Of a stretch of DNA of 64,000 nucleotides, positions 19,032 through 27,441 are shown piece by piece. A program made the position numbers and the translations under genes. The DNA lies in NCBI GenBank assembly GCA_964291405.2, contig OZ219926.1:4576001-4640000 (forward strand), in the 5' to 3' direction. Numbering within the stretch: the stretch's first letter is position 1; each line of letters begins with the position of its first letter. This stretch comes from Thermodesulfobacteriota bacterium (GTDB taxonomy: Bacteria; Desulfobacterota; Binatia; Bin18). The notes under the pieces were generated by a model. The model had not been told where the DNA came from. It ran no database searches and saw nothing but the letters and a program-made list of their open reading frames with translations.

Positions 19032-20468
19032 CTAGCTTCCTTCCTTTGCCTGTGTTGCGGCCAGCAATTCATCAAAAGAGTCCCGCAGACAGGCAGCGTA
19101 TGACCACGGATCGGAGACGAGACTGGGGTCAACCGTTCCGCCGATAACGAGAGTCTGGTGATAGCTGACAATGGCATTGAAGAGTCCGATGCCGGCCGAC
19201 AACAGGCCAATCGGCCGGAGGGCGAGCAGTTCGTGTCCCGCCAGGTAGAGTGGGGTTTGCGGCCCTGGAACGTTGGTTGTTACTGTATTTAACATCAGAT
19301 TTGCTGCTGGCAGTTGTCCGGCGATGATTTGCCACACCGGCGGGATCCAACCAAAACGATTCAGGAGATCATACAGGAAACCGGCCTGGTTCTGTTTTTT
19401 GATCTGATCGACAGCCGCCCGCTGCGCGGCGTAGCGTTTGAGCGGGTCCTGCTCATCAATGAAGAGTGGGGCGAGCAGCATGGAAACCCGATTGCCCAAG
19501 CTGCCCTGTTCATCTTCCTGCCGCATGTTGACCGGACACATGGTCCGCAGCGCTCTCTTGGCCGTAGAGTACTGCTGGGCACGCAGATACTTTCCCAGTC
19601 CACCGGCGATGATGGTCAGGACGACGTCATTGACGGTGCCCCCCAAGCTAGCCCGGACCGAACGGATATCGGTGAAAGGAAAATCGACCCAGACAAACTG
19701 TCGTGACGATGACAATGCCTTATTGAAAGGCGTTGTCGGGAGCGGCTGGGACAGGCTGGGCAGCGTTTGCATGAAGGAGAGCAGGGCCTGTGAGGACCCC
19801 TGAAGAGTCTGCGCCGCCTGTGACGGCCGGAGCCATTGGACGCTATCGGTCCAGCTTCGGATAGTCTCAGTCAGCCGGTCGTTGAGGGCATCCCGCAATT
19901 GGCTGGTCATATCCGGCAGGGGCTGTGGCTGCCACGGCTGGGGCGGAGACGAGGGTGCAGAGGATTGTGGTGAGCTGTCATGCGTGATCGTCATCAGGTC
20001 AACTCCAGACACGCCATCGACCATGGCATGGTGGACTTTCCAGATAATGGGCGTCGTCCCATCCGCCCGGCCACGCAGGATGATCATCTTCCACAGGGGA
20101 TGGGCGCGGTCGAGTGGCGGCGCGTATATCGTGCCCCCAAATTCAGACAACACCCGGTCGTCTCCGGGCGCGGGCAGGTCCACCTCCTCGATGTGCCGCT
20201 CGATGTTAAACGTAGGGTCATCCTGCCAGGTGGGGTGCGCAATCCGCAAAGGCGGAAACATGACTTTCTGGCGATAGCGCGGCAGGAGGTGGAGTCGTTC
20301 CTGGAGGACCTGGACCAACTCGGCTCTGGAAATATGGCCGTCGTAGATGAAGCATGAGCCCACGTGCAGGGGTTCGTTGGACTTTTCAAAATACAAAAAG
20401 GCCGCATCTGCCGCGCTTAAACGCTGGCTGCGGGGCTGCTGGGTTGGTGCTGCTGCGGGGCTGCTCAT
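19032..20468 (-). CDS. wax ester synthase/diacylglycerol acyltransferase
   Basis: RLSAADAAFLYFE, PLHVG, PLDRAHPLW, KVHHAMVDGVSG, GTVNDVV, LGNRVS, TNVPGP. Confidence 0.96.
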   Translation of the reverse strand: MSSPAAAPTQQPRSQRLSAADAAFLYFEKSNEPLHVGSCFIYDGHISRAELVQVLQERLHLLPRYRQKVMFPPLRIAHPTWQDDPTFNIERHIEEVDLPAPGDDRVLSEFGGTIYAPPLDRAHPLWKMIILRGRADGTTPIIWKVHHAMVDGVSGVDLMTITHDSSPQSSAPSSPPQPWQPQPLPDMTSQLRDALNDRLTETIRSWTDSVQWLRPSQAAQTLQGSSQALLSFMQTLPSLSQPLPTTPFNKALSSSRQFVWVDFPFTDIRSVRASLGGTVNDVVLTIIAGGLGKYLRAQQYSTAKRALRTMCPVNMRQEDEQGSLGNRVSMLLAPLFIDEQDPLKRYAAQRAAVDQIKKQNQAGFLYDLLNRFGWIPPVWQIIAGQLPAANLMLNTVTTNVPGPQTPLYLAGHELLALRPIGLLSAGIGLFNAIVSYHQTLVIGGTVDPSLVSDPWSYAACLRDSFDELLAATQAKEGS

Positions 20469-20492
20469 TGTCTTCTCCTCATTGCCCTGAGA

Positions 20493-23252
20493 TCAGCGGC
20501 CAAACAGGGCGTCGAGCCCCTTTTGGAGCAATTGTTCTTCCAGGCCGGGTGCCTTGTCTGGCTGTTCGGATGTCGTGCGGTCGGAGCTGTCTGCTTGCTG
20601 CGCGGTACGATCCTGCTGCTTTTTCTTTGCAGGGCGTAGCGTATCCAGAATTTTTTCCTGGACCACATCTTGTAGGGCTCTGGTCGCCGCGCGTTGGATA
20701 AGGGTGCCGATCTGCCGCGCGTCCAAGGTCGGGCGAACGGCGGGAAAAACACCGGCCAGAGCAAATGGAATTTCCACGCGGTCCTCAGCGTCCGCAATGT
20801 ATCGCAGTTCCTTGGTCACTCGCATGAGGTCAGATGAGAGGGCTTGAGAAAGGGTCAGGGAAGCGGTCGCATCGACCTGTTGTTCAAAATCCATCCAGCC
20901 TTCTGCCCGTGTTCGAAAGTCACGCGCGGCAATACGGAGACGGTCGAGCTTGATTTTTCCATTACCGAGCGAGAACTGACCGACAAACTCATCAAACTCG
21001 GTATGAGGGGAGGCGAAGATTTTCGGATATTTCTCCCGGAGTTGTTGTGGCAGGACGAGCGATAAGCCCGGAACGCCGGTCAGGCCGGACAGGACGCCTT
21101 CGGCCAGATTGAACTCTCGTAGCGCCCCGTCCGTAATTTCAGCTTTTCCCTGTCCGTGCAGAGCCGGCTTGAGGGCATCCCAGGTGTGGCCGCTCCCCGA
21201 GATCGTGAAGTCGAGCGCAGCCGTTCCCTGGACCGGCGGGTCTGTCTGAGAAAGTGCCGAGCGAAAGAATTCCGTGAGATTGACGGCATCTACCTGAGCA
21301 GTAATGGCCATGCGCGGCAACTCCGCTCCAAAGTCATACTGCCCGTTGCCATCAAGCGTGCCCTCAAAGGCGTGCAACTTGAAACTGTCGATCTTGGCGA
21401 CTTGGTCGGCGACCGAGGAATCAAGCTGTAGGTCGGTATAGTGCACCTGGGCAACGCGGCCCTGTTTTGAGGACAGTTGACCTGCATGGCGGAGGTCGTC
21501 GCCTTGTAGCCAGACCCGGCCTGTGGCGGACACCGATTCGAGCAGGTCCTCTGAGGCTTGGGGTTGAAGGTCTGCCAGTCTCAGTACTGGTGCGTGCAAC
21601 TCATAGGCGGCTTTCAGTGGTTGAAACTGTTCAACCTGAGCCTCAAGCTGAAGTGCCGATTCTCCAATGCGGGCCGTCGTCTTGGTCAGCTCAGCCCCCC
21701 GACCCGTCAAGGTGATTGCTGCCTGAATATCCGTCAGCGGCTTTGCCAACTGTTCTGGAGTGGCGCTTCCATCTTGGAGGCTCAACGTTCCTGTGAGTTT
21801 GGGGAATTGTTCCGTTGTCAGCGGCCCGGCGACCTGCAAATGCGTCTCGAAGGTGCCTGCCGCGCCATAGTCCCGGAGGAGGGGCAGAAGGTCATGCAGC
21901 TCTGCCAGTTCGACCTGATTCGAGTCCACAGCCAGGTCAAGGGTAGGGGCGTCGAAGCCAACATTTCCGCTAACCGTCAGGGTCAGCGTATGTAGATTGA
22001 GCCTGAGTTCCTGGAAGGCGGCGGTCTGTGGTGTCAGTCGCGTCTGGGTCGAGAGAGTGAAGACGCTCCCGGGCGGCTTGTTGAAGAATTCGCCAAAGCG
22101 GAGTGCGCTGTCAGTTGCCTCGACCTGACCAGTCAGCGCCAGATTGGTGGGCATGCCGCTCGCCTGGACCGTTACGGAAACAGGGCCCTCAACGCTGAGG
22201 TCTGGGGGCAGGTATTCGCTTACAGGACCAAACTGTCGGACGCGCTCAAGGGCGAGCGGTCCCAGCGTCACGGTGGCGTCTAGGGTGCTCTCGGCGAGCG
22301 GGTCCGAGACCTCTGCACCAATCGGACCGAAACTGCCTGTGACCTGGAGATTAGGATCGCCGGAATCGAAGATTGCCGCCCGCAGGTCCATATTGGAGAG
22401 GTACAGGGCACCGACACGACCGGACACATCGGTTTTCAGACTGAGCGGGCCGGAAATACCCAGCCCTGATGGGATGTGTTGAGCAATATCCGGCAGGGCC
22501 TGTTGCAGGGTGTTCACGTCGAGTTGACTGATCGTTACGCCACCTTCAAGCGGAATGGTATGGGGATGCTCCAACTCTTGGCCGACCGGCCCGGCCTGCA
22601 CGTCTAGGCTGATATTCTGCTGGTCTGAGAGGACGGCCGCGTCAAGTTCGAGACGAACCGGTTCGTCAAGACTCACATCGTGCGCCCGCAGGTCGAGCTG
22701 GGTCACCCGAAAATCCGTCCCGGCCTGTTGGTCCATATAGCGGACATCTCCATTTTGGATATCGAGGAAGGCGACTAGGAGTAGCAGGGGAGGGGCGGCT
22801 GTTTCGTCACTCCCCTGCAACGTTTCTTGCGGCGTTTCTTGCGGTGTGCTCGCCGTTGCGGTCTGGCTCAGACTGGTGAAGTTGAACTGTCCCTGTTCAT
22901 CGCGAATGAGCTGAATCTGCGGGCTGTGGAGGATCAGACGGCTGACCTGGATTTCCTGAGATAAGAGCGGCCACAGCGCGACATTTACCTGAAGGTCGTC
23001 GGCCCGGACAAAGGCGTCAGCCGAAAAGGTCGGATCGTCGGCAATGCGGAACTGGGTCAGGCGCGCGCCTATCCCGCCCCACACGGTCACACCGATTTCC
23101 TGGACCTCAACCTCTCGACCGAGCGTCTGCTCGACTTGGTGCAGAATCCGGTTTTTATTGCTGGCAATCAGGTTGTTGAGGTTGATGAGGGCAAAGGCGA
23201 GCAGGCCGACTGCAATAAGAAGAACTGCGCCAATAATCAACAGCGTGCGCAT
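20493..23252 (-). CDS. AsmA-family (bridge-like lipid transfer) protein
   Basis: N-terminal TM, EQTLGREV, VALWPLL, LHSPQIQLIRDEQGQFNF, long beta-rich body, IPFALAG. Confidence 0.88.
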   Translation of the reverse strand: MRTLLIIGAVLLIAVGLLAFALINLNNLIASNKNRILHQVEQTLGREVEVQEIGVTVWGGIGARLTQFRIADDPTFSADAFVRADDLQVNVALWPLLSQEIQVSRLILHSPQIQLIRDEQGQFNFTSLSQTATASTPQETPQETLQGSDETAAPPLLLLVAFLDIQNGDVRYMDQQAGTDFRVTQLDLRAHDVSLDEPVRLELDAAVLSDQQNISLDVQAGPVGQELEHPHTIPLEGGVTISQLDVNTLQQALPDIAQHIPSGLGISGPLSLKTDVSGRVGALYLSNMDLRAAIFDSGDPNLQVTGSFGPIGAEVSDPLAESTLDATVTLGPLALERVRQFGPVSEYLPPDLSVEGPVSVTVQASGMPTNLALTGQVEATDSALRFGEFFNKPPGSVFTLSTQTRLTPQTAAFQELRLNLHTLTLTVSGNVGFDAPTLDLAVDSNQVELAELHDLLPLLRDYGAAGTFETHLQVAGPLTTEQFPKLTGTLSLQDGSATPEQLAKPLTDIQAAITLTGRGAELTKTTARIGESALQLEAQVEQFQPLKAAYELHAPVLRLADLQPQASEDLLESVSATGRVWLQGDDLRHAGQLSSKQGRVAQVHYTDLQLDSSVADQVAKIDSFKLHAFEGTLDGNGQYDFGAELPRMAITAQVDAVNLTEFFRSALSQTDPPVQGTAALDFTISGSGHTWDALKPALHGQGKAEITDGALREFNLAEGVLSGLTGVPGLSLVLPQQLREKYPKIFASPHTEFDEFVGQFSLGNGKIKLDRLRIAARDFRTRAEGWMDFEQQVDATASLTLSQALSSDLMRVTKELRYIADAEDRVEIPFALAGVFPAVRPTLDARQIGTLIQRAATRALQDVVQEKILDTLRPAKKKQQDRTAQQADSSDRTTSEQPDKAPGLEEQLLQKGLDALFGR

Positions 23253-23274
23253 TGCACTATACTCCTCATCAAAC

Positions 23275-23988
23275 CTATACGATGTCCAGAAGTTCGGGAA
23301 CGCGGCGGATCACATGCCGGGGAGGAGCCGGACTGTCCGGTGGGTCAGTATCCGGCCGCGACCAGATCAGAACCGAACGCATCCCCGCCTTATTGGCGCC
23401 AGCAATATCCTGCTGGAGGGAATCCCCGACAAAATATGCCTGATCCGGCGCACAGCCGGCTTGGGCAAGGGCGTGTGAAAAAATGGCCGGGTCCGGCTTA
23501 CAGGATTGGGCGTCTTCACTGCTGAGGAAGGAATCAAAGCAGGGGCCGAGTTGGGAGAGTTGCAGCAGGTGCGAAAACTGGTCGTTGTCGGCATTGCTGA
23601 CAATGCCAAGATGGAGGCTCCGCCGGCGTAACGCGGCCAAGGTCTCAGTGACCCCGTCCCGCAGTTGAAAGTCCTGCTCCCGGCGTTGGTGTTGAGCGAC
23701 CCGGTAGCGGGTGAGCTGTTCTTGGGTGAAGGTTGTCCCAAACTGGGCTGCGGTGGCCTGCAAGGCGTCCTGGAACATATCGCGGTGAAGATAATAGGGG
23801 CGGGGCAGGTATTGGTAAAACACATTTTTCAGAGCGGCCCGGTAGGCTCGTCGAATGTCCTGTGAGGCTGCCGTAATTCCCGCCGCCTGGGCCAGCTCGA
23901 TTAAGCAGGCGCGTTCTCCCGGTGCGGTTGTTTCATAGTCAAACAGGGTCCCGCCAAAATCAAAGAAAACTGCTCGTGTGTCTGCCAT
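23275..23988 (-). CDS. HAD-family hydrolase
   Basis: FFDFGGTL, IVSN, KPDPAIF, VGDSLQQDIAGA. Confidence 0.92.
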   Translation of the reverse strand: MADTRAVFFDFGGTLFDYETTAPGERACLIELAQAAGITAASQDIRRAYRAALKNVFYQYLPRPYYLHRDMFQDALQATAAQFGTTFTQEQLTRYRVAQHQRREQDFQLRDGVTETLAALRRRSLHLGIVSNADNDQFSHLLQLSQLGPCFDSFLSSEDAQSCKPDPAIFSHALAQAGCAPDQAYFVGDSLQQDIAGANKAGMRSVLIWSRPDTDPPDSPAPPRHVIRRVPELLDIV

Positions 23989-24114
23989 ACCGTGCCCTGA
24001 TGCTCTTCACTTCTGCGCCAGGAGAGTAGAGAGGCCACGGAGGCGTGTCAAGCAAAGCCGCGGGAGACGACAGGATTGGGGGCCACAGCGCGTTCTGCCC
24101 TTGCAGGACGATTG

Positions 24115-24146
24115 ATTGAGTAATACTCTTACTAGTAATACTCAAT
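24115..24146. promoter_or_regulatory. palindromic vapBC operator
   Basis: ATTGAGTAATACT-N6-AGTAATACTCAAT (1 mismatch), AT-rich, 19 nt before the antitoxin ATG. Confidence 0.7.
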
Positions 24147-24165
24147 GGCCGGTGGGGGGGATAGT

Positions 24166-24393
24166 ATGAAAGTTACGGTGAAGGGTCAGGTGACCATTCC
24201 GATACAGATTCGGGAAAAACTCGGCATTACGCCTAACAGCGAGGTGGACTTTGTTGAGGAAGACGGGCGGGTATACATCAAAAGAAAACTCTCACCCATT
24301 CCACCCATCAGTCGTTTTCATCGGTTCCGTGGGGCAGCAACCGTCAAAATGACAACGGACGAAATTCTCGCGTTGACCAGAGGCGAGGAATGA
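24166..24393 (+). CDS. vapB: AbrB/MazE-type antitoxin
   Basis: MKVTVKGQVTIPIQIREKLGI...MTTDEILALTRG. Confidence 0.92.
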   Translation: MKVTVKGQVTIPIQIREKLGITPNSEVDFVEEDGRVYIKRKLSPIPPISRFHRFRGAATVKMTTDEILALTRGEE

Positions 24394-24809
24394 CCCCCTT
24401 TCTCGTGGACTCCAATATTCTCCTGGATATTTTTGAGGACGACGCGCACTGGGCGGACTGGTCGGAAACAACCTTGCATCAGTATGCAACGTCACACACC
24501 CCGGCGATAAATCCGATCATCTACGCCGAGGTATCCGTCGGTTTCGCCCGCATTGAGGAACTGGAATCGGTCTTGTCTGGCTGCGAAATCCATGTGATTG
24601 CCATACCCAAAGAAGCCCTCTTTCTGGCCGGGAAAGCGTTTCTCGCTTACAAGAAGAGAGGCGGGGCAAAAAGCTCGGTCCTATCCGACTTTTTCATTGG
24701 TGCGCATGCCGCGGTGAGTGGATTATCGTTGATGACGCGGGATGCGTCCCGATATCAGTCCTATTTCCCCAGTGTGCAACTGATCACCCCCACGGCTCGT
24801 TCGAGCTGA
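24390..24809 (+). CDS. vapC: PIN-domain toxin
   Basis: LVDSNILLD, IIYAEVS, SDFFIGAHA, MTRD; ATGA overlap with the antitoxin. Confidence 0.94.
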   Translation: MTPFLVDSNILLDIFEDDAHWADWSETTLHQYATSHTPAINPIIYAEVSVGFARIEELESVLSGCEIHVIAIPKEALFLAGKAFLAYKKRGGAKSSVLSDFFIGAHAAVSGLSLMTRDASRYQSYFPSVQLITPTARSS

Positions 24810-24860
24810 CAGAAGGCCGGCGAAGGCACTATCGAGCAGGACGAAGATATATGCAGGCTC

Positions 24861-25859
24861 CTATATCCGCAGGACCGCCGCTCCGTTGAGCTGTCCGTTT
24901 TTCATGCGCCTTAATGCGCTGTTCGCCTGTGCCAGTGGGTATTCTTCGGTCTCGGTATGGAGCGGGATGCTGTGGGCCAGGTGGAGCAGGTTCTGCCCGT
25001 CCTGGCGGGTGTTGGCCGTGATGCTGCAAATGGTGCGCTCATAGAAGAGGGTATCGGCATAATCGAGCGGCGGAATCTGGGTCATATGGACGCCGGCCAA
25101 GGCCAGGGTTCCGCCCCGGTCCAGCGCTGCCAGGGCAGGGGGGACCAGGCTGCCGGCTGGGGCAAAGATAATCGCGGCATGAAGCTTCTCCGGCATAGGA
25201 TCGGTGATCTCCCCAACCCAGGTGGCGCCTAAGCGGATGGCGAGGTCGCGGTGTGTCTGACCGCGCGTCACCACATAGACCTCGCAATCCCAATGGCGGG
25301 CAATCTGGATGACAATATGGGCGGACCCCCCAAAGCCGTACAAACCCAGGCGCTGTTTGGGTTGGACACCACACCGCTGCAAGGCGCGGTAGCCGATAAT
25401 TCCCGCACACAGAAACGGGGCCGCCTCCACGGAGGAGAGCGCAGCGGGCAGAGGGTAGACAAATGCCTCAGGGGCGACAACATATTCGGCATAGCCGCCA
25501 TGTTTGGTATAGCCGGTAAATTGCGGCTGTTGGCATAGATTTTCATCTCCGCGCCGGCAGTAGGCACACTGCGTACAGGCGGCGTAGAGCCAGGCTACGC
25601 CGACCCGGTCGCCTTCCCTGAGATGCCGTACGCCAGCTCCGCGGCGGATCACGCTGCCGATGATTTCATGGCCGGGGATGAGGGGACTGCGCTGGGCCGG
25701 CAGGTCGCCTTCGGCAACATGCAGGTCGGTCCGACACACCCCGCATACCTCAACACGGATAAGGACTTCGCCCTGGGCCGGCCGGGGAGTCGGCAGGTCC
25801 AGCGAGTGGAGCGGGTGGGTCTCGATCGGTCCGGGAGCAACAACGGCCATGGCGTGCAT
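24861..25859 (-). CDS. zinc-dependent alcohol dehydrogenase family protein
   Basis: CGVCRTDLH, PGHE, CxxCxxC(x7)C, GLYGFG. Confidence 0.95.
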   Translation of the reverse strand: MHAMAVVAPGPIETHPLHSLDLPTPRPAQGEVLIRVEVCGVCRTDLHVAEGDLPAQRSPLIPGHEIIGSVIRRGAGVRHLREGDRVGVAWLYAACTQCAYCRRGDENLCQQPQFTGYTKHGGYAEYVVAPEAFVYPLPAALSSVEAAPFLCAGIIGYRALQRCGVQPKQRLGLYGFGGSAHIVIQIARHWDCEVYVVTRGQTHRDLAIRLGATWVGEITDPMPEKLHAAIIFAPAGSLVPPALAALDRGGTLALAGVHMTQIPPLDYADTLFYERTICSITANTRQDGQNLLHLAHSIPLHTETEEYPLAQANSALRRMKNGQLNGAAVLRI

Positions 25860-25869
25860 CGGGTTCCCC

Positions 25870-25896
25870 GTAGGGGCAATTCATGAATTGCCCCTA
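25870..25896. repeat. GTAG-type REP palindrome
   Basis: GTAGGGGCAATTCATGAATTGCCCCTA, perfect 26-bp palindrome with GTAG foot. Confidence 0.75.
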
Positions 25897-25952
25897 TCCA
25901 GTCGATGGGGTCAATACCACGAAGGGCTGTGCGGGGCCACTGCGAATCGTCC

Positions 25953-27254
25953 CTATGCGGTCGGAGTCAGCCGAAAATACCGAAAACCACCACCGCCTTT
26001 CCAGTTGAGATGTTTACTGACGCCGGTCTGATCCGTTCCATCGATAACGGCTCGGAGGCGGGGCAGGATATGCGTATTGCACTGGGGGCCATTTTCAATC
26101 AGAAGCCACTGGCGGCCCATCTTGTGGGCCACCGCGCCGGTGGTCCCGGACCCGGCGTAGGCATCCAAAACCCAGTCGCCGGGCTGAGTAGTCATGCCGA
26201 TAATCCGTTTGAGCAGCGCTTCCGGTTTCTTGCCCTTGATAAAGGTCACGCCTCCTTCCTCCCCCAGGCTGGTGGTTTTGATATCAGCCCAGAAGTCGCC
26301 TGGATGAAGAGTGAGATAGTCATCGGCAAATAATAGTCGCATGCGGGGCTGGGCGCTGTGCATATTGTAGTGGGCCGTAACGATATAGAGCCGGCGTTGG
26401 ACGGTTTCGACGCTGAACGCTCCCGTTTGCGGGGGAAGGGTCGCCCGTTTCTGGTCCGCGCGCTGTTTTGCCGTGGCACTGGTCGAGCAGGTTCGGACGA
26501 TGCGCCAGGCATTCTCAGCCAGCCATTCCGGCGTTGGATGGGAGCGGCCCTCACGCTGACAGACAGTGGTCACGGGTTCCAGGGAGAAGGGCCGACAGAT
26601 CATATCGGCCCGCTGAATATCGTCTGCGGTCCGGTCCGGATTGGCCAGAATCGCTTTGAGCCTGCGGATGGCCTGCCGAGAAGCCTGGCAGACGGCCCAG
26701 CGATACTCAGGGTCCCAGGTAGCTTTGGCGATGCGTTCGGGATGCAGATTGCGAATGCCTGACTTGCCGACCAGGATGATGTACTCCTTGAGCCGCGGCA
26801 AATTGCCCTGCGTAATGACGTGTACCATCTTAAAGCCGGTTGGCTCGGCCATTTTGACACAGATCGTCTTCAGGTTCTGCTCGCCCATCATATCGGCCAG
26901 CAGGAGATAGAGGCGAGCAAATTCATTGTCATCGATCTGGATGGCGAGAAATCCATCCTCGCGCAGCAAGGCCCACAGAAGTTCGAGACGGGGCCTGAGC
27001 GCTTCGAGCCATTGGTAGTGGTCGCTCCCATCCGGGTAGAGCGGGATAGCATTGCCGGTGTTGTAGGGCGGATCGAGATATACGCATTGGATGCTGTTGG
27101 CATACTCTTTCGACAATGCCTTCAGTACGGGCAAGTTATCGCCAAAAATAATCCGATTACCGAAAAAGGTAGGCCCAAGCGGCAAGGTGGGCGCAGTCCA
27201 GGCCAGGGAGATGTCTTCAACCAGGCGAAACGTGCTGTCAATGGATGTGGCCAT
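25953..27254 (-). CDS. orphan adenine DNA methyltransferase (type III Mod-like, beta class), C-terminally short
   Basis: IFGDNL, YLDPPYNTG, QIDDNE, KKPEALLKRII, VLDAYAGSGTTGAVAHKMGR, ends at WKGGGGFRYFRL. Confidence 0.85.
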   Translation of the reverse strand: MATSIDSTFRLVEDISLAWTAPTLPLGPTFFGNRIIFGDNLPVLKALSKEYANSIQCVYLDPPYNTGNAIPLYPDGSDHYQWLEALRPRLELLWALLREDGFLAIQIDDNEFARLYLLLADMMGEQNLKTICVKMAEPTGFKMVHVITQGNLPRLKEYIILVGKSGIRNLHPERIAKATWDPEYRWAVCQASRQAIRRLKAILANPDRTADDIQRADMICRPFSLEPVTTVCQREGRSHPTPEWLAENAWRIVRTCSTSATAKQRADQKRATLPPQTGAFSVETVQRRLYIVTAHYNMHSAQPRMRLLFADDYLTLHPGDFWADIKTTSLGEEGGVTFIKGKKPEALLKRIIGMTTQPGDWVLDAYAGSGTTGAVAHKMGRQWLLIENGPQCNTHILPRLRAVIDGTDQTGVSKHLNWKGGGGFRYFRLTPTA

Positions 27255-27352
27255 AGGCGCTATGCGTGCTCTCCAGTCCATACCGCTTTGTGTAGGCAGT
27301 AGACAACCGGCGCCGAACAACGAGGACGGGAGGGCAACCGAAAGGAGGTCTT

Positions 27353-27425
27353 TTGGGTCTGTTGAGTCATTGGGTCTGTTGAGTCTTGACCCCAAGGACC
27401 CTAAATCAACGGACTCAACGAACAC
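27353..27425. repeat. degenerate 8-9-mer tandem/inverted repeat patch
   Basis: TTGGGTCTGTTGAGTC x2, then inverse units GACCCCAAG, GACCCTAAA, GACTCAACG. Confidence 0.65.
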
Positions 27426-27441
27426 ATGCAGTGGGAGGAGT

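Noticed and set aside
22358-22370. CGCCGGAATCGAA as an att duplicate of the tRNA-Arg(CCG) 3' end
   Set aside because: Short imperfect match inside the intact asmA gene
27353-27425. Possible mini-CRISPR
   Set aside because: Units are 8-17 bp with no unique spacers, and no cas genes are present
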